Source: Octopus bimaculoides (lineage: Eukaryota). Taken from it: a DNA stretch of 64,000 nt. The stretch is from the NCBI RefSeq assembly GCF_001194135.2, contig NC_069000.1, forward strand, positions 9,024,292-9,088,291. Direction: 5' to 3'. Positions within the stretch are counted from its first letter, which is position 1; each line of letters begins with the position of its first letter. A program made the position numbers and the translations under genes. Under the pieces are notes generated by a model, which did no database searches, was not told the DNA's origin, and saw only the letters and a list, made by a program, of their open reading frames with translations. This document shows, in pieces, positions 40,670 through 52,990 of this stretch.

Positions 40670-41035
40670 ACTTTTTAAAAATTCCTGGCATCAATTCATA
40701 CAACTGGACATTCTTCTACAAGGTGGTGCCCCAGCATGGCCACAGTCTAATGACTGAAACAAGTAAAAGATAAAAGAAGATACTAAATGACTTGAGATCC
40801 AAGAGTGGAGATTGAGGTTGGTTGGCCACTGCTGGAGAAGTAAAGAAGAACTTGTGAGTAATTGTGTTGCTGTGGACACCAAATCATGGTACCACAGAAG
40901 ACATATATATACAACAGCTTGCAGATGTTGGATGCCAAGTTGAAGCCCTAAAATCATTAATGGAAGATTGGGAGGGATGGAGAGAGGTAGTCAGGCTGGC
41001 CTGGGCAATGAGTCTGATTGGATGATGCCGCAATC
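40670..41035 (+). mobile_element. RTE-clade LINE ORF2 C-terminal remnant, interrupted by a family A tail (about 40720-40778)
   Basis: 40797-41025 reads IQEWRLRLVGHCWRSKEELVSN / (frameshift) WTPNHGTTEDIYIQQLADVGCQVEALKSLMEDWEGWREVVRLA. From recall this matches the RTE ORF2 tail (RRLRxxGHCxR ... LWxPxHG ... MEDRxxWR). Confidence 0.7.
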
Positions 41036-43222
41036 AAAACAAAAATGACTTGAATAGCTCACAGTCAGATACCACAGGGCTTCACTATCTATTTCTACCA
41101 GTTACTTAACCAATCATGTACATTCAAAGACAACTATTCTCATGAAGAGTGCAGCACAAAGAGCTAGAATTACCATGTGCAGCCTGCAGATTATAAAGGC
41201 TTAAAGTAGGCTAATAATCTTCATAAACATTTGAATTAACAGCTGCCAAAATATATGCCCTTTCTCTTTGTTTAACAACTCCCTATGTTTATTTCTCTGT
41301 GGCAGATAGCCAGCCAACCATTTTAGGAATGGGGGCTAGCTATGTTATACACTTTAACAGGGTTCTCGCTCATCATCGCCATATTATCAAGCTCCCCCAC
41401 CATATGGCTGTTTCTACGCTGTATATCTGATTGAGCGGTGGGGGACACAGTAAGAGGGAGAAATTCTTTGTCTGAGATAACATGAAGACAAAGAAGGTAA
41501 TTTGATTCTGTAAGATTCTTGCCTCCACATGGACAGACTGTGAAGCAAGAAAACCCAAGGCTTGCCGCATTAATTCTGCCAATACACTTCACCTACATAT
41601 CATGGCGCCTTTCTTTAAACACAAATAGCTGTTTCACTTCTATTCTGATACAAACAAAATATAATAATGGTCTCATTATTATTAAAATTATTATTATTTG
41701 CTTGGCGGCATTTCGTCTGTATTCATGTTCTGAATTCAAATTGAGATCAGCTTTGCTTTTCATTCTATAATAGCAAAGAGCACGCCAGGTAAAATACTTG
41801 GCAGTATTTCAGGTGTCATTACGTTCCGAGTTCAAATTTCGTCAAGGTCAGCTTTGCCTTTAGGTCTGATACTTATTCTAGCAATCTCTTTCGCCGAGTA
41901 ACCAAGTTCACAAGGATGTAAACAAAACAGCACCGGTTGTCAATCTGTAGGAGGGGAGACAGATGCAAGGACATACACACAAGTGCTTCTTCACAGTTTC
42001 CATCTGCCTGATTCACTTGCAAAGTATTGGTCGGCTAAGAGCTATAATAGAAGACACTTGCCTGCAGTACTATGCAGTGGGATTGAACCCAAAACCACGT
42101 AGTTGCAAAGCAAGCTTCTTAACCACACAGCCACGCTTGTTATTATACACTTGTTGATCGAAGCAACATCTTTATTGAAGCACAATTTTTAATGTTTAAT
42201 TTGAATATGACAGTGATAGAATGGTTTGTTTACTGTTGTTACACATTGTGTTTACATCCAGAGGGATCATTGTATGGCATCTTAATTTGCAGTGTGAAGG
42301 GGAAAGAAGGGATGGCGGGGTGGGGGAAATCAATTCAAGTGTTTGATTAATTATTTGACCTTTTTAGATTAAACCTGAACATTTTGTTTGTTTTTTGTTA
42401 TATTTTTAGGAGTTTAGTGTTTAATTCACTTCATTAATGTGTGTGTGTGTGTACACGTGGAGAAAGAGATAGCTCCTATGCTGGCATAGTGGGAGGGTCT
42501 TAGTGTCTTTAATGTATGTTATTGTTGTTGTTGTTGTTCAGCTCTATATTGCCTTGATTGATTAGATCTTCTGGTCAGTGATATTTAAATCATTTAACAT
42601 TTAAACCAGTTATTTTACCCATTTTATGTTCAAACTAACCAGATCCTGCTTCTCACACCTACCCTGTGATATCGTCCTAAAAAAATAATCACATTATTGA
42701 AATCTCAAAGCCTACAAGATAATCTTTTCTACTCTAGGCACAAGGCCCAAAATTTCGGGGTAGGGGGCCAGTCGATTAGATTGACCCCAGTATGTAACTG
42801 GTACTTAATTTATTGACCCCGAAAGGATAAAAGGCGAAGTCAACCTTGGCAGAATTTGAACTCAGAATGTAAAGACAGATTAGTTACCGCTTTCGAAACT
42901 ATGCAAAAAGCTGGCACTGGAGCTAAAAACAGCTCTATAGCTTGCTGGATCCTGTGAAACTGTCCCAGCCCATGGAAAACAAATGTCGAATGATAATGAT
43001 GATGATAGCACATGTTGCTCAGTGGAACAAATATCTGAACTACACATTATCAAAGCGGTTGCAGATCTATTTATTTTATCATTATATTCACAGCATTACG
43101 TTTTTTTGCAAACAGATGTTGAAGTACTCAATACAAAGAATTTGTTAATATACATTTATATTATAAATTTATTCATTGGAAAACCTAATGTTTTACTTTA
43201 CTGTTGTGTTTTTCTTTTGCAG

Positions 43223-43354
43223 TTAATACCAAGATGTCTGAAAACACGTTGTCAACCACGCATATGATCATCATCGCTGTTGTATGTTCAGTGATTCTCA
43301 TAGTACTGGTCGTCGTACTTGTTCTCTTCCTCTACTGGCGGAACAAATCCCAAA
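43223..43354 (+). CDS. Transmembrane exon (I)NTKMSENTLSTTHMIIIAVVCSVILIVLVVVLVLFLYWRNKSQ
   Basis: Acceptor tttttcttttgcag| and donor CAAA|GTACGT; 132 nt, phase 1-1, open. Encodes a 25-residue hydrophobic helix followed by YW and basic RNKSQKK (stop-transfer, positive-inside). Confidence 0.9.
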
Positions 43355-44388
43355 GTACGTATTGTCATTCTCTCTTGTTTAATTCCAAGTTTTGCATTAT
43401 TTAACTTGACATCCGTTTCACATGGGACCTGTCTGCTTGCCTTACTTACATCCATCCCCATTTGTCATTCTGTAGTAGATGTCTGCCACAAATTCTATAT
43501 AGTATTGCATCCAAATTGATGGAATAGGTTTTTATGGATAACCCGCCATACTGCACGGACACCCACCCACCCACACACAAACAATCTGTCTGGCTCACAT
43601 GAAATTAAGTAACTGACTCTCTCTCTCTCTCTCTCTCTCTCACATGGAACTATCTTTATCTCATGAAATCCTCTCTCTCTATCTATCTCTGTCTCTCTCT
43701 CACATGGAACTATCTCTTTCTCTCACACACATATACGCACATGAAACTAATTCTCTCTCGCTCTCACATGGAATTAATTCTCTCTTTCTCTCTCGCATAA
43801 AACTCTCTCTTTCTTTCTCACAAACTCACCCATACACACACACACAACCATCTTAAGATCTCTTAACCTCATCCATCACAGTATATTGATAGATGCTTTC
43901 TAAAAGCTTCCAAATTATACACGAGGAGAAAACGGGGAAAGTATATAAATACTTTTGTCTTCCAAGCGCATCAGTTACACAAATGAAACGGTTCCAGACA
44001 GGAATCAGAATGAGATTGAATCTTCACATGAAAGAGTTATTACATCGAAATGATTTTCTGGCGAGAAAATTGCTAACTGAAACAGCTATTACGAAGGATT
44101 ATGGGTTGGTGTGGATTTTAAAGGATTAATGTGTTGGCACCACAGCATATGAGGTGGAAGTAATTATAACCAATGTTGTCTGCCAGTGGTAGTGGGTTTT
44201 AAAGATTACCAAGGGAATCTAATGGGTATCTAATGGGCTTCTACATGGTTTCCATCAACAAAATTTCACTTACATGGTATGGGTCAACCCAAGGTTATAT
44301 AAAAAAAAACCAAATTATGCTTCCCCAAGATGGAACTCAAGACCCCATGCTACAAAGTGAAGTTTTTAACCATTCAGCCATACTATAC

Positions 44389-44423
<35 letters not shown>

Positions 44424-44424
44424 T

Positions 44425-44455
<31 letters not shown>

Positions 44456-45015
44456 GTTTTTTTCTCTTAGTAGGCATAGTATTACTGAACAGAGAACTGT
44501 CCCCTTCAAGAAGCCATGTTGTTTTAATACCATATGTAACTTAGAGAGTTGCGGCTAGGGAGGAGACAATAACATCAGTTTCTATTTTCTTTAGTTTCAA
44601 AGAAAAATATTTCTTTCTGAAAGGAACAAAGTTAACAAAAGTAAAAAGCCTACAGCAGGGGTGGGGGTTTCTGTTGATGTTGTTGTTGTTGTGTTAAACA
44701 TCTTCACTCTCTCACACCATCACATATTTTTGCTCTGTGCTAGGGAATTATATTTCAGTGAATTTGGGGCAGGGCTTTTTTTTTTTTTTTCTGTATTTTA
44801 TTTTAACTTGTTTCTTATGTAAAGGGGAGGGAGCAGAAAGAAGGGCCTCTTTAACACAAGAAGGGGAAAAAAATATTCCCACGCTTCTTCCAGGAGTTCA
44901 GTTAGTTGTCTTTGTGTTCGCCTCTGCTTAACATCTCCTTTAGACTACTTCTACAAACTTGTTGATCCTAAAACTTTCGAGAGAAGAAATGGAGNNNNNN
45001 NNNNCTGTTCGTTAA

Positions 45016-45185
45016 CCTTTTCATCACCATATTTTTGTTGAAATGCAGTGTTTTTGTTTCAGTTAATGTTGAAAATAATGAATGATTTAGTAAAGTAACA
45101 TTCTGATTATCAACCTGGTGTTTAGAACATAAATTAACACAGAATTTTGATGAAAGGTTATAATTTAGATAGCTTTAAAACAATA
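45016..45185. mobile_element. piggyBac-type MITE fragment
   Basis: TTAA-CCTTTT start and homology to 32910-33130; truncated by the SINE at 45192. Confidence 0.6.
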
Positions 45186-45191
45186 AGTTCA

Positions 45192-45430
45192 GCAGGAGTG
45201 GCTGTGTGGTAAGAATCTTGCTTCCCAACCACATGGTTCCGGGTTCAGTCCCACTGCATCGCTACTTGGGCAAATGTCTTCTACTATAGCCATGGGCCGA
45301 CCAAAGCCTTGTGAGTGGATTTAGTAGATGGAAACTGAAAGAAACTCATCGTGTGTGTCTGTGAGTCTGTGTTTGTCCCCCCACCATCGCTTGACAACCA
45401 ATATTGGTGTGTTTACATCCCCGTAACTTA
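45192..45430 (+). mobile_element. SINE family A, 3'-truncated
   Basis: Colinear with the head and middle of 2239-2637. Confidence 0.85.
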
Positions 45431-45431
45431 G

Positions 45432-45783
45432 TATTTAATTTATCAATCCTGAAAGGATGAAAGGCAAAGTTGACCTCAGTGTAATTTGAACTCAGAATGT
45501 AAAGATGGCTGAAATACCACTAAGCAGTTTGCCCAGCATGCTACCTTGATATAATGATAATAACGATAATAGTCCTTTCTACTACAGGCACAAGGCCTGA
45601 AATTTTGAGGGGGAGGGCAAGTCGATTAAATTTAACCCCAGTGTGTGACTGGTACTTATTTCACCAACTCCGAAAGGATGAAAGACAGTCAACGTCAGCA
45701 GAATCTGAACTCAGGACATAAAGATGGATGAAATACCGCTAAGCATTTTGCCTGGTATGCTAACAATTCTGCCAGCTCACTGC
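45432..45783 (-). mobile_element. Two SINE family B copies on the minus strand (45432-45545, 45575-45783)
   Basis: Reverse complement of the B consensus seen in this window. Confidence 0.85.
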
Positions 45784-45819
45784 TTTTATATAATAACAAC
45801 AACAACATTAATAATGATG

Positions 45820-45857
<38 letters not shown>

Positions 45858-46734
45858 GGACTTAGCCAAGGTCTTAAAACTGTTTCTAAAAATCTGTATC
45901 AATCATATTAGATTAATGCATGATTGATTATTTCAAACAGTATATTTTATAAATAGAATAATTGAATAAATTTACACTCTATTAAAGGCTAAATTAAACT
46001 TTGTGTAGAATTTATTTTGTTTTGATATTCAACATGATTTTTATGATTTTCCTAGGATCTATTACAATCCAAAATGTTGAATTTTATTCTAATCAAATCA
46101 CATTCCTTTAAATCCTTAAGCAAAAGAATAACTTTTCTTCATTTCCGGCTTGTTGCTGGTTTCGATTCCATCCATCTATTCCGTTGTCATTTGATAGAAT
46201 TCCAGAAAATGGTTTATTTGCTTGTAATTCCATCCAGTCTAGCTGCTGCCTTTCATAAATCTTTCCTTTCAAAACAGAAGGTTGCGTTTAAGTTTCCTCA
46301 GCATTTTTGTTGTTGTTGTTGTTTTTTATTCCTCCTTTACATTCTTCTTCAAGGGAGCAAATATGGGAGTTAGCATTCGGGCAGCGGGGTAAGTTGGCAG
46401 AAGATTGACATAGATACCTTGCCTGCCACATTTAATTCTAACTACTTCCAGATAAAGGGGGTTCTTGTTACCCTTAAAGCAGCCAGCAATTTCACATGGG
46501 AAAAGTCTGTTTATATTAGACTAACACCTTTCTCCTCTCTGCAAAGAGAGGTACCATATGTAATGTGAGTCAATCTTCCAGCCTTTGCTTCCCTCCTAAA
46601 CACCCAACAAGGGGACTCTAATATTTCACAAAATTCACAAAGACAAACATTATCTCATTTCTTTCTCAAATGAAAAACAGTTTTATTGGCTGTCTGTGAT
46701 GGGATTAGTCAATGGAAAGTGGACGGTTATTTTC

Positions 46735-47100
46735 CATCTTTTCTTTGTTTCAGTAATTGGACTGGGGCCATGCTGGGGCACTGCCTTGAACGGTTTAGTC
46801 AAACAAATTGATCCCAGCACTTATTATTTAAGCCCAGTGCTTTTTCTTTTGGTCTCTATTTGCCAAAGTTATGTGGACACAAACAAACTAACACTAGTTG
46901 TCAAGTAGTGGTGAGGGACAAACACAAATATATATATATATATGATGGGCTTATTTCAGTTTTCATCTACCAAATCTGCTCTCAAGGCTTTGGTCAACCT
47001 GGAGCTTATATTAGCGAACACAGGCCCAAGGTGCCATGTGACAGGTTTGAACCTAGAACCATGTGGCTGAGAAGCAAACTTCTTACCACACAGCCATGCC
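46735..47100 (-). mobile_element. SINE family A, full-length, minus strand
   Basis: Tail, (TA)n and head, all reverse-complemented. Confidence 0.8.
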
Positions 47101-47105
47101 CAAAA

Positions 47106-47349
47106 CCCTTTTGATGCCAACCCAACTCAAATAAGGCCTGACAATACTAAGCATTCATGTTGCAGTTAAAATATTGATCACAGTTCCATAATACAAATGA
47201 TATGATAAGCTATCAGTTGATCCAACACCAATATAGTATGATATATACAAATATTTTTATAAACCTTTGAAAATTTTAATTATATTGAAAATTAATTAAA
47301 ACACAAAATAGCAGTCTCTCTACTCATTAAAAATTTAGTCACGAAAGGG
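47106..47349. mobile_element. piggyBac-type MITE
   Basis: CCCTTTTGATGCCAACC start, GAAAGGG|TTAA end. Confidence 0.6.
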
Positions 47350-48864
47350 TTAATATTCTTAGTTGAAATTTTGTCTTTCTTCTATCCAGGAAATCAGATA
47401 TAAAATAAATATCGATAACATAGTGTTCTTCATTAAGTAACAAATTGGTTTGCAGATTCTTAGCTTTCATGGAGATGGTCTTGAATCTGCTTTCAGAAAT
47501 TGAGAGCATCTGGGAGAGGAAAAACAACAAAAATGAAGAACACAAATATAACTATAACTAAGTCTTTTCTTATATAATTCAGTTCACATCAAGGTTGCAA
47601 TATAGGAATATTAAATTGACTCTGAGTATTTGACTGGATACTTTGCCAACCCTGGAAGGATGAAAGTCAAAGTTGACCTTCATGGGATTTGAACTTGAAA
47701 TGTGAAGGTGCAAGCATGTCTGTGTGGTAAGAAGTTTTCTTCTTAACCACACGGTTCTGGGTTCAGTCCCATCACATCTCACCATAAGCATTTTTACAGG
47801 GTCAAGGAAATAAAGTACCTGTTGAGCAGTGGGGTCAATGTAATCGACGTACCCCACTTCCCTAAAACTGCTGGCCTTGTGCCAAAAGTTGAAATTAATA
47901 TATGAAGTGCCAATTCCAGAATAGTAGATTAGCAGATTTGTTAGAATGTAGGATGAGAGGCTTTGTGAGTTCAAATCCTACTAATAATTCCAGAACTATT
48001 AATTGACCACGGGGCCTCAATCAATTATGAAAGCAACAATGGTTGGGTTAGGATTATAACACTGCTACTACTTTAGTCAAACAATAATAACAATTTATCA
48101 TTCACCTGTAAATTTGCTTTCCATTAAAACAAACAAAAAAAGTCTGCTTTGAGCTTACAAGTTTATGAGAGTGGAGCTTATCTGGTCAGTTTTTTTTCTG
48201 AATTTCCGAGGGATGTAATCTGAGAGTATAATTCTCTCCATTGAACAAGGCACCAGTACATTGCAAGATTAACCCCCACCTCGACTCTAATAGCATTAGT
48301 ATTAATTTTCAGCTGAGTGTACTTGTGCAACACTGCCTTGTCTAAGAACTGAACCCCCAACCAAATGAGCACAAGCCTTAACACTTTAACCACTAGTCCA
48401 CATGCCTTCAAAAGAGAAATAAAACATTAAATATTATTACAATAAGACAGCGAGCTGACAGAACAGTTAGCATGCTTGGCAAAATGCTTAGCGGCATTTC
48501 GTCTGCCCTGACATTCTAAGTTCAAATCTCACCAAAGTCAGCTTTGCCTTTTATCCTTCCGGGGTTGATATAATTGACTAAACTCCTTCTCCCAAAATTG
48601 CTAACCTTGTGAAAATATTTGAAACCAGTATAATTACAATATATTAGAGATTAGTTATATTGCTACTGTAGAGTGAGTTTTTTTTTTCCTTTTCTCTTCA
48701 ACTATTAACCGCATCTTTAGTGTTTCTGGCAACCCTTTTTTTATATTGGATTTAGTCTCCAATCATTAATTAATCTTGTCTGATTAATTAATGATTTTGT
48801 CTGTGATTTGTTATTGTCCTTGCCTTTAATTCTAGTGTAGTAGCTTAATAAGTTTTAACCCATG

Positions 48865-49185
48865 TGTTGCAGCACTGCGTCAGCATCCCACAGTAGTGCA
48901 TTGATGTGCTACAGTAATGTATATGTTGCATTAAAGTATCACCATGTGCCGCAGTAATGCATTTGCTGCAGTAATGCATCACTATGCTGCAGTGATGCAT
49001 TGCTGTGTCACAGTAATGTGTCACTCTGTGCTGTCGTAATGTGTCCATGTGTTGCAATGTTGCTTTGTTGTGCCGCAATAATACGCTACCATGTTACGGC
49101 AATGCATCACTGTGTTGCAGTAGTGTGTCACTGTTGCAGTGATGCATCACCATGTTGCGTCACAGTGCCATAGCCATGTAACACA
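48865..49185. repeat. Degenerate ~20-21-bp minisatellite (TGCAGTAATGCATCACTGTGT)
   Basis: About 15 imperfect units visible. Confidence 0.75.
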
Positions 49186-50614
49186 GTGTTAGAAGTAAAG
49201 GTCAAGAATTCGACCCTACTCTATATATGTACGCACACACACACACATGTGCCATCCTCATCACATGTATAAACCTTATTTCATATGTTCTTAACGTTAC
49301 AAATTACTAAAATTTCTGCTCTTCTCTCCTGAGATTTAACATAGTTCTGTAAAAATCTTTCATGTAATTTAGAATGTTCTATTTGTTTTGTTTGTTAAGT
49401 ATGAATATGTGTTTGTGTGTGTGTGGCTTACGGTTAAGAAAAATTGGTTCACAACTGTATAAATTCAGGTTTAATCCCATTGTGTGGCATTTGTCTATCA
49501 TAAACATAGCACATAATTTTGTCAAAAATCATTTCAGTCATAACAGCAGCAACTCTGCACTTGTATGTTTGTTCATAATGGATTTTCAACCCAGCAGTGA
49601 ACAAGCATACTTTTGTTCATAAAGAACAGCAGTTTACTTTGTTAGTCCCATTGGAACTGTATGTGTATAAGTATTTCATATTGGTCCCTCAATATGTAAC
49701 CTTTCACAGAGTATGAGTTTGGTTTTTGTAACTGTAATACAACCACAGACAGCACAAGCAAGATTATCTCTGGATGATTCACCACCGTGGGGAACTTCAA
49801 TAACCTGCACTTTTCGGGCACTACTTTCCCCTATTTGATGGATAATTCAGATTTTCTCAAAATGCAGACTTTTCTTAGATCATCATTCATGCTTCTTGTT
49901 CAGTATGAGATATTTCCAATGAACAGTGCAAACGTTGAAGGATTTCAGGTTGATTTTTGAGGTATCATGAAGTCTTTTTTATGGTTTATTCAAGGGATGC
50001 TTACTGAGGGCTAATTTTGCATTAAGTAATCACTCCGGGAGCCTAAAACCATTACATATACTTGGTCATAATGTGTGTATGTGTGTACACACAAGTTAAC
50101 TGGAAGATGGGCAAATTTGAAGCTGAACTGGAGTAGAGAGAGTATGTCATTGAAGAGGTTGCAAATGGTGATGAAAGGACTATTACACAACTGATTGATC
50201 GATATATCAAATGATTTAAACAATCAATCAGTTAGTTAGTTGGTGTTAAATTGTTAAATCAAAAAAATAAAGTAAAAATTGAACCAGTGTGTGTATCTGT
50301 TTATTATTGGTATTATGACCCTCCTGAGAGTCAACAAAATCTGTTCCAATACATGAGTTTACGTCAGAAATCTTGAAAACCAAATACAAAATCAATGTAA
50401 TCAAATTTAGCCATAATGAAAAACAAACAGTAAGCTAGAAATTCATTCAAATGTTATTGTATACTTTTTTCCCTTTTGTTTGATTTTTATGAAAAACTAA
50501 AATAAAAATTAGGAAGTTCTCTCCTATAATTATGTTTCGCTAATAATATCTTCTGATTGTTAATTTTCTGGAATATTCCTCAAAGTTCATTTTGTTTGTC
50601 TTCTTCTTTTACAG

Positions 50615-50639
50615 AGAAACAATACGGTAATGAAGTGAA
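50615..50639 (+). CDS. 25-nt microexon (K)KQYGNEV(N)
   Basis: Strong acceptor ttttgtttgtcttcttcttttacag| and donor GTGAA|GTAAGT. Phase 1 in and phase 2 out, exactly bridging the TM exon to the phase-2 acceptor at 52678. Confidence 0.75.
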
Positions 50640-50774
50640 GTAAGTATATTTGTTTTACTGCTCTTTTTAGTTAATCCAGTTATTTTGTTGTTTTATTTTA
50701 ACGTAGCAACTCATACATAAATATTCCTCGCTACAGCTTGGCAAACAGGCAGTTTGTTGCCAATGTCAATGGTT

Positions 50775-51015
50775 TGAATGACTAAAAGACGCCCTTCGGT
50801 CATGAATGACCATGGGATTGCACCTAGAAAGTGCCACCCCGAGGCACAAATCTGGGCAAGGTTGTTTATGGAAGACCAGCAGTCGCCCACGCATACCAGC
50901 CTCCCCTCTCCGTGTCACTGATGTTATCCAAGGGAAAGGCAAGGGCCAATACAGTTTGGCACCAGTGATGCCGTAACTCATTTCTACAGCTGAGTGGAAC
51001 TGGGGCAACAGTTGC
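50775..51015 (-). mobile_element. Retroposon fragment sharing the family D core
   Basis: Ends in CTCATTTCTACAGCTGAGTGGAACTGGGGCAAC, the reverse complement of the D core. GC-richer body that I recall as a common octopus repeat. Confidence 0.5.
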
Positions 51016-52022
51016 TCCCTATACACAGATATTTCATACTTTCTTATTGTCTTCATCTAGCTCTCCTTTTTCACACTTGCTTGTTATACATACACAAACA
51101 TACACTCATGTACATTCTGTGTGTGTGTGTGTGTATAACTGCAGTTTATGTGTTTACATTCCTGTAACTTAACAGTGCAATAAAACAGACTGATAGAATA
51201 AGTATGAGACTTTAAAAAAAAAAAATTGTTACTGGAGTCGATTTGTCCAACAAAAATTATTGAAGGCAGTGCCCTAGCATGGCCGCAATCTAATGACTGA
51301 AACAAGTAAAAGAATATATATATATATATGATCATACTCCCTATAGTCAACTTCCATCTATCTTATACTCCATATCTCTCTCTATACACACACACATTTG
51401 CAAGCATGCGTACAGGCACATGTATTCCACACTTTATCTAGCTATTTCAGTCTCTCTCTTTATCTCTTCTTATACAAACACTTACATATATACACACATA
51501 CATAATATATCTTTCACACACAAGTTTATTCAGTCTCTTCCTAATACTTTTTTTCTACTTGATGTGTGTGTGTGGCTCTAATTATTTCTGTGTCACTTGG
51601 TAAACATCATATCTCCATCCTTCCCCGTCCAATACTCTTATATGTTTCCACTCATATTTCCTTGGCTTATCCAGTTTTAATCTGGTGCAGCAGGAACTGT
51701 TTTGTTTTTGTTTTTTTTTACACTGTTGTGATAATAGCCAGGGGTAAAACTGTTATATGACCTTGCTGTCATTTCCCCAGTTGATAATGAAACAAACAGT
51801 ACTAATAGTTCTGCTACAATACAACATCAGCACAATCATGAGGGGGGGAGGGCACTATCACCAGTGGGTGATACAATACAGCATGGAATTGGGGTGAAAA
51901 ATAATACTTTTTTCTTTTTCTTCCCATTGTCTCTAATTGCCCTCCTCTCACTTTCTTTCTCTCTTTAACTATCCTTTTCTTTCTCTCTGCATATTCAAAT
52001 ATCTGTCCCCTACTCTATTTAA

Positions 52023-52282
52023 CCCTTTGGAATCCAAACTGGGGGGGGGGGATGAATCTATCTGCTTTTTGTTCAGACTGGCCATATCCAGGCCCCAATA
52101 CTCTATCTATTTTTTGATGAAACTGGTCAGGTCCAGCCTCTCACACCTACCCTACATTGTTATTCTAAAAATAGATAATCATATCATTGGAATCTCAAAA
52201 CTATGAGATAATTCATGATTAATTCAAAGCAAAGTAAATGGACAAGCATTGCATTTAACAGAGTAATCTTAACACTAAATGG
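52023..52282. mobile_element. piggyBac-type MITE, second family
   Basis: TTAA-CCCTTT start and AAATGG-TTAA end; homologous fragments at about 18640 and 42590. Confidence 0.7.
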
Positions 52283-52677
52283 TTAAACAAAACTACAATA
52301 ATAAAATCACAGTACCAAGACAGCCTGACACACGTGTTTAGTGAAGTTAGTGTAAGCATATTAGTTTTAGCAAATATGACAAGTAACTTTGAACATATTT
52401 CAATCTTATTAAGGCCTCTTCAGTAAAGCATAAACCTTAACCATACTATCTAAATTAGCAATGAAGTAAATAACTAAATATATGTGTAAGAACATACATT
52501 TATTTGTCAGCATAGAAGAATGGAAATACTCCAAAAAAAATCTTGCAAACCTGTGTTTTTTTCCATACAGATGGTATCTAAGATTAATTCTGTTCATTTA
52601 ATATTTCTTTTTAAATTTTATTCATTTATTTGTTTCTATAATCATTAAAAAAAATTTTTTTACCCTCTTTGTAACAG

Positions 52678-52826
52678 CTATCCCCATATCGCTAACGGAA
52701 GAGTCGGGAACGGAATGCCCAGCCAGCAGGTGTATGAAAATCCAGGTATGAACACTGTTGACGGCAAAATGAATATGCATGAAAATGGTTTCACACCTGT
52801 ATCCTATTATAATCTTTCTCCCGATA
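52678..52826 (+). CDS. Cytoplasmic-tail exon YPHIANGRVGNGMPSQQVYENPGMNTVDGKMNMHENGFTPVSYYNLSPD
   Basis: Acceptor ttttttaccctctttgtaacag| and donor GATA|GTAAGT; 149 nt open in the frame set by the upstream exons. GC/CpG-richer than the flanking intron. Confidence 0.88.
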
Positions 52827-52842
52827 GTAAGTATTAGCAGCA

Positions 52843-52856
52843 TGACCTCTTGACCT
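52843..52856 (-). promoter_or_regulatory. Perfect DR2 nuclear-receptor-type element (AGGTCAagAGGTCA on the minus strand)
   Basis: TGACCT-CT-TGACCT, followed by TAACCT, starting 16 nt after the end of exon 52678-52826. Confidence 0.25.
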
Positions 52857-52990
52857 CTAACCTGCGTTCTCTCTGAGTACAATCCAGAATACTGTTGTTG
52901 TTGTTGTCTGACCCCAAGTTCATCCTAATTGAACAGATCAATGATCAAAAGCATTCCAGCCATAATCCGAAAGAAATCATTATTATTATT

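Noticed and set aside
41361-41449. AG...GTAAG-bounded segment whose frame 0 reads GSRSSSPYYQAPPPYG (PPxY)
   Set aside because: 89 nt, phase 0-2, so incompatible with phase-1 intron 1; in the required phase it hits TGA. The opposite strand also has an acceptor-like site and ORF but no good donor.
43893-44129. 78-aa ORF after the TM exon
   Set aside because: Stop in the phase required for splicing; no recognisable homology by eye.
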